This document shows positions 9,233 through 18,638 of a stretch of 64,000 nucleotides of DNA, one piece after another. This DNA is from Candidatus Bathyarchaeota archaeon (GTDB lineage: Archaea; Thermoproteota; Bathyarchaeia; Bathyarchaeales; Bathycorpusculaceae). The stretch spans positions 448,001-512,000 of the forward strand of contig CAWHXY010000004.1 of assembly GCA_963833575.1 (NCBI GenBank). Reading direction: 5' to 3'. Position numbers and translations under genes: made by a program. The stretch's first letter is position 1. Each line of letters starts with the position of its first letter. A model generated the notes under the pieces. That model made no database searches, had not been told where the DNA came from, and saw only the letters and a program-made list of their open reading frames with translations.

Positions 9233-11215
9233 GTGTCCTGCCACTCGGACTCATCCTCCATTTCTGAGAACCAAAAAAACGGTGGCACTGGCAAAACCTT
9301 AACCATAGCCTTAGCCGGCAACGCTAACGTTGGGAAAAGCGTACTTTTTAACCAACTTACTGGATCAAGCCAAATAATCGGCAACTGGCCAGGCAAAACC
9401 GTTGAAAAGGCCGAAGGCACCCTTACCTTTGAAGGACAAAAAATAACAGTAATCGATTTGCCCGGTATCTATTCTTTTTCAACTTTTGGTATGGAAGAAC
9501 TTGTTTCAAGAGATTATATTGCAACTGAGAACCCTGATGTTGTAGTAAACGTGGTTGACGCAGCTGTTTTGGAGCGGAACCTATTCTTCACGATGCAACT
9601 TATTGAAATGGATGCTCCGCTTGTTGTCTGTCTGAATCAATTGGATGAAGCAAAGAAAAAGGGCATAACCATAAACCGCAAAAAACTTGAACAACTGTTA
9701 GGCGTACCCGTAGTTACTGCAGTAGCTATACGAGGCGAAGGAATATACGAACTAACAAAAACTGCAGTCAATGTCGCCCGAGACTGCCAAAATCACAAGG
9801 CACATTATCTCAGATACGGCGATGAGATTGAGCAGCGAATAAGCAAACTAGAACAAACCATTCAAAATGCCAACCTGAACCTGAAGTACCCATCCCGCTG
9901 GGTTGCCATCAAACTGCTTGAAAACGATCCCGAAACGAAAAAGTTAGTTGCATCTTCCGAAACTATCAACAAAACTTCCGAAGTTTTAGCCGCAGAAATC
10001 TCGGCAATCCACCATGAACCCTCGTTTGCAGTCATTGCTTCAGAACGCTATGGTTTGGCAAGCAAAATTGCAGCTGAGGTTCAACACCAAGCTGAGGTAC
10101 GAACTTCAATTTCTGACAGAGTAGAGTGGATAACAACCCACAGAGTTTTCGGCTACATTACATCAGCTGCGGTAATTGCAGGCTTGTTGATTTGGACTTT
10201 TAGCATTGGCAACTTGCTTTCAGGCTTATTCTCGAAGGGACTATCGTTTTTTTCACCTGTTAACCCCTCTTTAAGCGGGTCAATTCAGGGCATACTCTGG
10301 AATGGAGTGTGGGGTGGAGTAGTTGCAAGTTTGACGCTGATTATTCCCTTCGTTGTGCCCTTCTACCTTATGCTCGCCATGATTGAAGATTCAGGAATCC
10401 TTACTCGGGTTGCATTCATGATGGACAGCGCCATGCACAAAATCGGTTTGCATGGCAAAGCATTGATCCCACTAATTTTGGGCTACGGATGTAATGTACC
10501 CGCCATTCGCGCTTGTAGGATAATGGAAACTAAGCGTGAGCGGTTGTTGGCAACATTTGCCATCACATTTGCTCCATGTGCTGCCAGAACCATCGTAATT
10601 CTGGGGTTAGTCGCGGTTTTCCTTGGTCCATGGTGGGCGTTATCTCTGTATGTCATTAACATAGCGCTTATCTTCATTCTGGGAAGAGTAGCATTGAAAG
10701 TTGTTCCTGGTCAATCCACTGGGTTGATTATGGAGATGAAATCCTTCAAAGTACCATCAATAAAAGTTGTTGGTAGACAAACGTGGGCGCGAACCAAGTC
10801 ACTAATCTACATCGTTGTGCCGCTTTACATTGCTGGAAGCGTTGCAGTGCAAGGCTTGTACGCAGTGGGTGTGCTACAGCAAATAAGCAGTGCGTTATCG
10901 CCCATCACGGTGTTTTGGCTCGGGCTTCCCGCCATAGCAGGGGTACTTCTTATCCTTGGTTTCGTCCGCAAAGAAATGGTGCTGCTGGCGGCGGTTGCAA
11001 TCTTTAGCACAACCAACCTAGCTCTATTCTTCAATTCTGCTCAATTGCTGACCCTTGCTTTGGTAAACATGATTTACATTCCATGCTTATCCACAGTTGC
11101 CATAATAGCAAAAGATTACGGTTGGAAAACCACTGCGGTCATAGTACTTGCGAACTTTGCAGTTGCCCTCTTGGTAGGAGGAATTGCTTTCCGTCTCTTT
11201 TCGCTTGTTACTTAA
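9233..11215 (+). CDS. feoB: Ferrous iron transporter FeoB
   Basis: GNANVGKS, GNWPGKTVE, DLPGIYS G-domain; GYGCNVPA, PCAAR and YIPC membrane motifs. Confidence 0.96.
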   Translation: MSCHSDSSSISENQKNGGTGKTLTIALAGNANVGKSVLFNQLTGSSQIIGNWPGKTVEKAEGTLTFEGQKITVIDLPGIYSFSTFGMEELVSRDYIATENPDVVVNVVDAAVLERNLFFTMQLIEMDAPLVVCLNQLDEAKKKGITINRKKLEQLLGVPVVTAVAIRGEGIYELTKTAVNVARDCQNHKAHYLRYGDEIEQRISKLEQTIQNANLNLKYPSRWVAIKLLENDPETKKLVASSETINKTSEVLAAEISAIHHEPSFAVIASERYGLASKIAAEVQHQAEVRTSISDRVEWITTHRVFGYITSAAVIAGLLIWTFSIGNLLSGLFSKGLSFFSPVNPSLSGSIQGILWNGVWGGVVASLTLIIPFVVPFYLMLAMIEDSGILTRVAFMMDSAMHKIGLHGKALIPLILGYGCNVPAIRACRIMETKRERLLATFAITFAPCAARTIVILGLVAVFLGPWWALSLYVINIALIFILGRVALKVVPGQSTGLIMEMKSFKVPSIKVVGRQTWARTKSLIYIVVPLYIAGSVAVQGLYAVGVLQQISSALSPITVFWLGLPAIAGVLLILGFVRKEMVLLAAVAIFSTTNLALFFNSAQLLTLALVNMIYIPCLSTVAIIAKDYGWKTTAVIVLANFAVALLVGGIAFRLFSLVT

Positions 11216-11223
11216 ACAATCTA

Positions 11224-11787
11224 TTATCTTTTGGTAAACAAGAAAATGCCATAAAACTTGTAGGGGGTCATTTCTTGGAGTTTGAAATTGGATGCCTCGA
11301 CTTCAGCCTTTATCACTTCTGGGTTTTGCTTTGGCGCAAAAGCAAAAATGCCGCTCCTTATAACTTCCACTATCGCTAGCTTACCTTGGGGTTTTAAGAT
11401 CCTACCGAACTCTTTCAAAACCGCTTCAGAATCGCCTACCTCATGGTAAACTGTTACGAGAAGTATAATGTCAAGTGAAGCGTCTTCAAGCTTAATGTTT
11501 TTGCCATTGCTTTGCAAAAACTGGATATTTTGAACTTTTGCTTTCTCAGCCTTTTTCTGGACTTTTTTCAGCATGTCTGGTGAAATATCAGCCGCTACCA
11601 CATGTTTTGCCCTTTTTGCGAGTTCAATTGTGAAATAGCCTGGTCCGCACCCAAAATCCATAGCGATGTCGGTGGGGTTTATACCAAGTTTTTCTATAAG
11701 TTCAGAGGGCGGTTGAAACAACTTTCTTATTGGGTTATCTAAGAAGATGGCGCCGGATGCTGAATAGGCTTCTCCTTTGTGTGACAT
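11224..11787 (-). CDS. Class I SAM-dependent methyltransferase
   Basis: DFGCGPG motif I, ADIS, RILKPQG; likely start MSHKG at 11787. Confidence 0.88.
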   Translation of the reverse strand: MSHKGEAYSASGAIFLDNPIRKLFQPPSELIEKLGINPTDIAMDFGCGPGYFTIELAKRAKHVVAADISPDMLKKVQKKAEKAKVQNIQFLQSNGKNIKLEDASLDIILLVTVYHEVGDSEAVLKEFGRILKPQGKLAIVEVIRSGIFAFAPKQNPEVIKAEVEASNFKLQEMTPYKFYGIFLFTKR

Positions 11788-12008
11788 GATTTCGATTCTC
11801 CAAAGAGGAATTTTCTGAGCTATCTTCTGTTTGGTTAGGGATATATTCTTTAAAAATTTGAAGAGGTATAAATTTTGTGGGCATCGCAGTATTTTTGAAA
11901 TAAGCCTAAAATGATTCCTTTGATAGTTTCGAGTTATTTCTGGGTAGCAAGTCTTCTCGTTAAACAAAAAATTCCATTATACTCTTTAAGCGGGGTTCAA
12001 AGAAAAGG

Positions 12009-12347
12009 TTAGGTTGATTCCTCTGAGACGTCTTTTTCTTCTTTCCCAGATCCTTTCTTATTTAGTTGAATGTTAAGTTGATGGTTTTTTCGTTCCAAAA
12101 CTACTTCTTGTTCCTCTATGTTGTCTGCAATTACTTCGCCGTTGTATTTCATGCGGCTGTTGTAGCCGAGTTCTTTTAGTTCGTTCATTAGAGTTTCGCG
12201 GAGTTTTCTTAGTTGTTCGCTTGTGGTCTGTGCATCTCTCTTGAAGCAGAAAGTCATGGTTTTTTTTGCAGGGTCATAGGTTGCGCGGGTGCCTTTGCCT
12301 ATTTTTTCTACGTGGCCCCATACTACTTTGTCAGTGGTTTCTCTCAT
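12009..12347 (-). CDS. Hypothetical protein
   Basis: 112-aa ORF with GGTGA SD, 8 nt downstream of aIF2-alpha. Confidence 0.6.
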   Translation of the reverse strand: MRETTDKVVWGHVEKIGKGTRATYDPAKKTMTFCFKRDAQTTSEQLRKLRETLMNELKELGYNSRMKYNGEVIADNIEEQEVVLERKNHQLNIQLNKKGSGKEEKDVSEEST

Positions 12348-12355
12348 TTTTTCAC

Positions 12356-13147
12356 CTATTGCTTCTCTCTTTTGAAGGAGCCATTTCCGCCTGCCTTAGT
12401 GATGTTTGTAACTACGCTTTGACTCACTTCATCTAGAAGCTCTTCTGCACGTTTCCAGTTATCAGCTGAAACTTCCACGCTGTATCTGGGAGCAGCTATA
12501 ACACAAAATTCGATTTTAGCGTCTTTAGCTTTTTGTGCTTTCTTTGCACTGAGAAAGGCATCTTGGATACATTTTACGCCATTGGGTTTCATGCAACGAA
12601 TTTCCAGTGTGCCTCTAACTTTTACCAGTTTTATGTGAATGCGTTCTTCTGCTACTTGCAAGAAAGTTTTGGCGATATCTTCTGGGATATCGAGTTTGGT
12701 TAAAGCTTCCGTGCCTTCTTTGAGTACTTTTTCAAATCCCTCGTATAAACCGACTTTTTCTTCAAGAATCATGCCTGCTTTTTGGTAGACTTCATGAATA
12801 GGTAAGCCCAATTTTTCTGCCACCGCACGCAAGAGAACCTCGCCTTTGCGGTCCTTTTTCCAAGCTTTAATTTTTTCGATTCTTTCGCGTTTTGTGACTC
12901 GTCTTAAAGATAAATCAATGTGGCCTTTTTCAAGGTTAACATGAACTACTTTTAGGACCATTTTTTGTTTTTCTCTAACAAAGTCGCGGACGTTTCTTAT
13001 TCTGGCGCTTGAGATTTCGGAAATATGAAGAAAGCCTCGTTTATTGTATTCATCTAGGTTTGCATAAGCTCCGTAATCCATAACGCTCTCGATCGAAGCG
13101 ATTACGAGGTCGCCAGATTCAGGCCACTCGGGTTTATGTTCAGACAT
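12356..13147 (-). CDS. eif2a: Translation initiation factor 2 subunit alpha
   Basis: S1 domain (YGAYANLDEY, GFLHISEI, HIDLSLRRV) and C-terminal AAPRY. Confidence 0.95.
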   Translation of the reverse strand: MSEHKPEWPESGDLVIASIESVMDYGAYANLDEYNKRGFLHISEISSARIRNVRDFVREKQKMVLKVVHVNLEKGHIDLSLRRVTKRERIEKIKAWKKDRKGEVLLRAVAEKLGLPIHEVYQKAGMILEEKVGLYEGFEKVLKEGTEALTKLDIPEDIAKTFLQVAEERIHIKLVKVRGTLEIRCMKPNGVKCIQDAFLSAKKAQKAKDAKIEFCVIAAPRYSVEVSADNWKRAEELLDEVSQSVVTNITKAGGNGSFKREKQ

Positions 13148-13193
13148 AGTTTACATCTGCTCTAATTGAGGGAAAAGAATAGGGGAGAAGGTT

Positions 13194-13496
13194 TTATTCT
13201 TTTTTGTCTGATTTTACAATATATACTTCTTTATTGCGTACTCTGAGTGCTGTGTTGAATTTTCTGTCAGGTTTTTTGTTGTATGACTTAACTCTAAATG
13301 AAAATGGTGCGTACAGCGACCTAACTGTTTTGCCTTCAACTTCAATTTTAAACATCTTCTCGGGACTTTCAATGATTTGTTTGAAAATTGCGTCATATTC
13401 GGGTATTTTGGCGATTTTTCTTCCTTCTGGTATTTCTTTTACAGGAGTCGCTTTTGCCACTATTTTCCTGTTCTTAACTTTTTCTAGTTTAGACAT
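13194..13496 (-). CDS. Small basic hypothetical protein (possible DNA-binding)
   Basis: 100 aa, Lys-rich, GGTGTG SD; no recognised motif. Confidence 0.6.
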   Translation of the reverse strand: MSKLEKVKNRKIVAKATPVKEIPEGRKIAKIPEYDAIFKQIIESPEKMFKIEVEGKTVRSLYAPFSFRVKSYNKKPDRKFNTALRVRNKEVYIVKSDKKE

Positions 13497-13806
13497 ATGT
13501 GTATTTCACACCATACATATAGTAATACTGCCTATTTAACACTATTATTTATCAGGCATAAATAATAATAGTTAAGTTAAAATAATAGTAAATAATATAG
13601 CTTATGAATAAAACCTAGCCACTAACTATAATAATCATTTACTTCCTCGATATTCTTTAACACCAAGCTGAATCTTAAAACAAAAAAGCTTGTTTGTTCT
13701 CTTTTTATTCAATAAAATAGCCAATTATTCGCCTTAAATTTTCAAACAGAAGAGGAATGTTTTTTAGAAGACAAAGCCTTTTTGATTGCTTGGTTAAGGT
13801 GAATAT

Positions 13807-13929
13807 ATGAGCGTAATGAAAAGAAAAAAGAAGAACACACAGCTTGAACAGCAAAAGAAAGTCCAGCGAGAAAAAGAAGCAAAAAAGAAGCAGTTGAGAT
13901 CGCAACTTCCGCCTAAAGGAAAAAAATAG
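13807..13929 (+). CDS. Putative 40-aa Lys-rich peptide
   Basis: AGGTGA SD then ATG; MSVMKRKKKNTQLEQQKKVQREKEAKKKQLRSQLPPKGKK. Confidence 0.4.
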   Translation: MSVMKRKKKNTQLEQQKKVQREKEAKKKQLRSQLPPKGKK

Positions 13930-14205
13930 TTGCCCTAAAGTTGAAGAGCCCTTAATTCTGTTATTTTCTTAGAGCTTTTGCTCATCTTTATGTTTTCAAC
14001 ATAGAAGAGATGTCAGATCTTCTGGAAAGAATTAATCGTTAATTTTTTTTGTTGACTGATTGAAACTGAAAATTTGATTCCGCCATCAATCTGAAAAATC
14101 TCGTGCAATCAGTCGTTGGTCTCTTGATGACGACAAAAACGGATTCTATTTGAGTCAAACTTAAATTATACATACTCCTACCGAATATAGCAAACGGTAG
14201 TATTC

Positions 14206-15375
14206 ATGAGGCGGATTCCAACACAGTTCCTTACTCCAGTGTGCAGAAACCCCGAACTTGTAAAGAGTTTCAGCAGGGGAGCATATAGACAGTTTGTTAA
14301 GTCAAGAATGGATTATCGACATGAAGATGGAAGCAGCTCTGCCTTGTGGTTGCTGAGCTTGAGAATTACTCACCGTTGCAATCACAGATGTGCGATTTGC
14401 GCGCAATGGGGGCAAGCCGGATACAATGCCCGGGAAGATACTCCAAAAGTTACGGGAGAAGTTCCAGTAGAAGTTTACAAAAAAGTAATAGATGAAGTTG
14501 CACCAAAAAAAGTTCACGTTTACATAACAGGCGGAGAACCATTTCTCTACGAACCACTGGTTCCCCTTGTTAACTACATGAAACAAAAAGGCCTAACAGT
14601 TCAAATAGTGACAAATGGATCTTGCCTAGAAAAAAATGCTGAAACCATAGTTGAAAACGGTTGGGATATGATTTGCGTCTCGTTCGATGGCCCCCGAGAA
14701 ATTCATGATAAATGCCGAGGAGTTTCAGGCGCGTTAGATGCTACAATTAGAGGGATATCGGCCATCCAAAAACTAAAGAAACAGAAAAAAAAGAATAAAC
14801 CTGCCATTTTTGTCCTCACAACAATCTCCAAGAACAACGAGAATTCATTGCTCGATACAGTGAAAGAAGCAGAAAAGCTAGGCCCTGACGGCATGACAGT
14901 TTACTACTCATGGTTTACAAGAGAATGGATAGGCCAAAAACACACAAAGATAGCAGAAGAAAAGTTAGGCATAACACCATTCGCATGGAAAGGCTATGTA
15001 CGTGATACCACAAAAATGGATGTAGCCAAAATCGCTGAACAGGTGCAAAAAATAAAATCTAGAAAATCTGGCATGCCTGTTCTTTTTGTACCTGACCTCA
15101 AACCAGAGCAAATCGGCACATATTATATGGAACCCGAAAACTTCTTCGGATACAAACATTGTGTTTCACCATGGTTCCAATTGGATGTAATGCCAAACGG
15201 AGACACTGTAACATGCAGAGATTTTCCAGACTTCGTAACAGGAAACATCAAGGAATCAAGCATCCTCGAAATATACAATAATGAAAAACACCGCAAATTC
15301 AGGCGAGCCCTAAAAAGCTGCGATGACGGTGTCTTTCCAATATGCTCTCGATGCTGCGGCTTAATGGGATATTAA
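14206..15375 (+). CDS. Radical SAM protein with C-terminal SPASM/Twitch domain
   Basis: CNHRCAIC, TGGEP, VTNG; C-terminal CVSPW..GDTVTC..GNI..CSRCC. Confidence 0.9.
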   Translation: MRRIPTQFLTPVCRNPELVKSFSRGAYRQFVKSRMDYRHEDGSSSALWLLSLRITHRCNHRCAICAQWGQAGYNAREDTPKVTGEVPVEVYKKVIDEVAPKKVHVYITGGEPFLYEPLVPLVNYMKQKGLTVQIVTNGSCLEKNAETIVENGWDMICVSFDGPREIHDKCRGVSGALDATIRGISAIQKLKKQKKKNKPAIFVLTTISKNNENSLLDTVKEAEKLGPDGMTVYYSWFTREWIGQKHTKIAEEKLGITPFAWKGYVRDTTKMDVAKIAEQVQKIKSRKSGMPVLFVPDLKPEQIGTYYMEPENFFGYKHCVSPWFQLDVMPNGDTVTCRDFPDFVTGNIKESSILEIYNNEKHRKFRRALKSCDDGVFPICSRCCGLMGY

Positions 15376-15506
15376 AAATGCTTTGCCAATGAGGAGAACA
15401 AATTTGAAAAACCTATTACAGATTCAACCAAAAACAAAACCAACATCAAACTCCGAAATCACTATATTCAACCAAGACAAAAGCCATCGACTAATAGGTT
15501 GACTAT

Positions 15507-16253
15507 ATGTTCCTCGTTGACGTGGCAATTCTTACAATGAACAGTGGACGAATGCTAAGGGAATGCATCAATTCCGTTTATAGAAATATTCCAGTTAAAA
15601 ACCTGATTGTCATTGACGGCTTCTCCACTGACAATACTGTGGACATAGTGAAGGAGTTCCAAGAAAAATATGGAAATGTTATCTTTGTTCAGGAAAAAGG
15701 CACCAGAGGCACTGCTAGACAGAAAGCAATTCAGCTGGTAAAAAGTGACTGGTTTGTGTTTGTGGACAGCGACGTTCTCCTGTCGAAAAACTGGTTTGCT
15801 GAAGCTGAAAAACTGGTAAAAGATAACGTTGGTGCAATTTGGGGAATAGAAATTTGGTCTGTATTGATAAAAAGCAAAAAATTGCTTTGGCTGTTTGAAA
15901 GGGTTACAATGAAAATATTCGAAAAAAGAGGCGGAACCCACGACACATTGATTCGACGAAGCACAGTTGAGGACATCAAAATACCCTATAAACTGCACAC
16001 CTACGAGGACGGATACATTAAAGATTGGATAGAAAAAAAAGGCTACAAAGTGATAGGAGTTTATGAACCATACTGCATTCATTTTCGACCAGACGAAGTG
16101 TGGACAACCCGAAAACACATTGAATTCATGGTAAGCGACCTAAAATACGCAGTTCACCGACCTAAACTAATACTCTCTTACGCTTTCTATGCAGCCATAG
16201 TCATATTCCAAATCGTGCTAAGCAAATTCAATCATACAAACGGAAAAAAGTAA
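15507..16253 (+). CDS. GT2 family glycosyltransferase
   Basis: IDGFSTDNT, FVDSD (DxD), YED. Confidence 0.88.
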   Translation: MFLVDVAILTMNSGRMLRECINSVYRNIPVKNLIVIDGFSTDNTVDIVKEFQEKYGNVIFVQEKGTRGTARQKAIQLVKSDWFVFVDSDVLLSKNWFAEAEKLVKDNVGAIWGIEIWSVLIKSKKLLWLFERVTMKIFEKRGGTHDTLIRRSTVEDIKIPYKLHTYEDGYIKDWIEKKGYKVIGVYEPYCIHFRPDEVWTTRKHIEFMVSDLKYAVHRPKLILSYAFYAAIVIFQIVLSKFNHTNGKK

Positions 16254-16388
16254 CACCGTGGCCACATGAAATTTTCAATAATCACTTCTAATAAAGAAAT
16301 TTGAACCTTTTTCCTCTTTGAAAGCTAAACAGATATTAAGCAAACACTTGACTTTTTTCGTCAAGAGATAATCCTTACAAGAAGGGGT

Positions 16389-16631
16389 ATGATGGACTTT
16401 ATTCGGTTTTTGAATAATGTAGCTTTAGAATTGCCTCTTTTTGTTTTAAGGATATTGGTTTATTCAAAATCTTCCCTCATTACAATGATATTTCTTTCTT
16501 TATACGGATTAACTCAAGGTGTTGCGCGAGTACCAAGAAACAGAATAAGTGCAGTGAAAAGTCTACTTCATTACAGCGTTGACGTGCTCCAACGTGGTTT
16601 GGGCACATCAATTCAAACAGTTAACGTTTGA
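16389..16631 (+). CDS. Hypothetical small hydrophobic protein
   Basis: 80-aa ORF after GAAGGGG SD; no motif. Confidence 0.3.
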   Translation: MMDFIRFLNNVALELPLFVLRILVYSKSSLITMIFLSLYGLTQGVARVPRNRISAVKSLLHYSVDVLQRGLGTSIQTVNV

Positions 16632-16816
16632 CTGGCTTCACCTTCTTAGCTAGCGCCCTCAAATTAAACCCAGTTTCATAACATATGTTTAAGCTTAGTG
16701 GCAGAAATTAAGCGTCGAACTTCTTTCAGGATCCAACTAAATATTCTTAGGCTCGCAATTGCGATTGGTATGGCCATTCAGAAGGTTTATAAATAATTAA
16801 TAATTTGCTTAGGAGC

Positions 16817-16951
16817 ATGGTTCAAAGGCATAGCGGCGGGAAACCGAAAGCTCCTTCACAACGCTACTTTAAGAAAAACCTCACAAATTCCGGGTACACC
16901 GATGATTTAGCGAACAAAGTTTGGGAATGGTACAATCCGCCTGAACAATAA
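16817..16951 (+). CDS. Putative 44-aa protein
   Basis: TATA (TTTATAAA ~16786), AGGAG SD, MVQRHSGGKPKAPSQRYFKKNLTNSGYTDDLANKVWEWYNPPEQ. Confidence 0.55.
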   Translation: MVQRHSGGKPKAPSQRYFKKNLTNSGYTDDLANKVWEWYNPPEQ

Positions 16952-16994
16952 GATGCCCGCTTGGATCGTGCTAACAAAAGTGGTATTTTTCTAA

Positions 16995-17165
16995 AAAGAA
17001 CGAGAATACTTCCAGGTAGCACTCGGTGCAGTTCTTCTGTGAAGGAAGATGGACAATCAGGCACAGCACCGTGTCCTATTTCTTCTAAGCTTGAGAAAGA
17101 AGAAGCTTAAGGGATGCACACTTCTTCTTTTACTACCTGCTTGGAGTTGCCTAATTAGCTCCCGA
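16995..17165 (+). ncRNA. Triple-hairpin GCAC-loop element, copy A (candidate structured RNA / dispersed repeat)
   Basis: Three purine-arm/pyrimidine-arm hairpins with GG..GCAC loops plus a GGAGTT/AGCTCC hairpin; homologous to 44318-44497. Confidence 0.6.
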
Positions 17166-17235
17166 ATACTTTAGAAAACACAAACTTTAGCAGAACTGTC
17201 ACCCTTTTAGGCCCTCCGTACTGTTTATTTTCATA

Positions 17236-17258
17236 TGCTGCAAGTGTGGGATCGAACC
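17236..17258 (-). mobile_element. Degenerate copy of the tRNA-Leu 3' end (old att site)
   Basis: TGCTGCAAGTGTGGGATCGAACC versus TGGTGCAGGGGGTGGGATTCGAACC at 19980. Confidence 0.4.
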
Positions 17259-17785
17259 TTCTATCCCGTGGAAACATTTCCCGCATGACCCTTTTTTAAA
17301 GTTAAGTTTTTCATGCTATCCGTTTGATTTTTGGTTTTTTTTCTTGTTTTCCCATGCTGTTTGGTCTGTGATTGTGGAAACCCGTATAAGCGGCTTATGA
17401 CACGCGTCATATTTAGGTATTAAGATGTTATCTCGTGATTGTGACGGATGCGAAAAACAACTCTCTGAATGCAAACGCCGTTTTGCTAATGTTTGTGTAG
17501 GCGAAAAAGTTTATTGTCCAGATGGCACAGCACATCTAGTCGATAGCAAATAGCCAAAGTCGAAGAGTAAGGCAGTTTTCTTTGAAGGCTTTTCTTTATT
17601 TCTTACACATTTCTCAAGACTTTTTTGGAAATAGTTATTGGGTTTTGATTTGAGACAAATTGAAGCTGTAAAGTTTGCATAGCTAAATTTTGCTAACTTA
17701 CAAACCACGCTTTTAGTGAAAGTTAAATATCACAGTGGAGATGCACACTTGTCTAATCGAAGCCAAAGAACAGGAAGGCTGAATA

Positions 17786-18262
17786 GTGAAGCTACCCAAA
17801 GATCCAAGCAAGTTTAGTTTTGGAGCCACTTCCTCAACCGTTACCAGCCTAGGAATAATCTTTGGATTATTGACCTCGGGTAATCCTAAAGCCAGCGTAA
17901 TAGGGGCTTTACTTGTAATAGCGGTTGCAGACAATATTGCAGATTCGCTTGGAATTCACATCTATAGAGAATCAACAGCCACAAAACAAGAAAATACACG
18001 AATGTTTACTATCAGTAACTTCACAACCCGCTTCGGCATCACATTGACGTTTGTTGCTCTATTTGCATTTTTGCCGATATTCTACGCTGCTGTTTCCTGC
18101 ACGGTGATAGGATTCGGAATACTGGTTTTTCTAAGCTACCTAATCGGCGTTCAGCGCAAGACAAATACGTTAAGAGAGATTTTCATCCATGTTGGGATTG
18201 CTATTCCCGTAATAATTATCAGTCATTTTCTTGGTCAACTAATCTTCAGCATTTTTGGATAA
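17786..18262 (+). CDS. VIT1/CCC1-like membrane protein
   Basis: SFGATSS..T, IAVADNIADSLGIHI..ES pattern; about five TM helices. Confidence 0.7.
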   Translation: MKLPKDPSKFSFGATSSTVTSLGIIFGLLTSGNPKASVIGALLVIAVADNIADSLGIHIYRESTATKQENTRMFTISNFTTRFGITLTFVALFAFLPIFYAAVSCTVIGFGILVFLSYLIGVQRKTNTLREIFIHVGIAIPVIIISHFLGQLIFSIFG

Positions 18263-18335
18263 AACGCTGATAACTATTCTTTTTCCTTCGTGGATTAGAG
18301 TAGCTCTTGTTAGAGTTTACATTTCTAATGAATAA

Positions 18336-18502
18336 GACATCAAAAACACACTCTTGTTTGTCCAATTGGAAGAGACATATTCCAAGGCGAAACCAACTAC
18401 ATATTAAAAGTTGCTAAACTTAGAAAAGACATCAGCGGTCTGATAAAATCAGGATTTGAGTTTGTCACCGAGATTGAAGGCGCTAAGATCTTTAGAAAAC
18501 TT
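18336..18502 (+). pseudogene. C-terminal remnant of an archaeal tyrosine integrase
   Basis: DIKNTLLFVQLEE, frameshift, then IFQGETNYILKVAK...GLIKSGFEFVTEIEGAKIFRK; resembles the recalled NTLxY...KVAK...GFEYV...FRK tail of archaeal integrases; Tyr position is Phe; lies next to an att copy. Confidence 0.7.
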
Positions 18503-18564
18503 ACTTTAACAAATGAAAATCAAAGCATCCCAGTATACACTCCCTATGTTTTGTTCATAAAAAA

Positions 18565-18584
18565 TGCAGGGGTGGGATTCGAAC
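18565..18584 (-). mobile_element. att-like duplicate of the tRNA-Leu 3' end
   Basis: TGCAGGGGTGGGATTCGAAC matches 19983-20003 with one G missing, same orientation. Confidence 0.7.
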
Positions 18585-18638
18585 TCTCAGTAGGGCGGCA
18601 GAGCTTCTGATCCAAGCTTAATTTGAGAGATGAGAATG

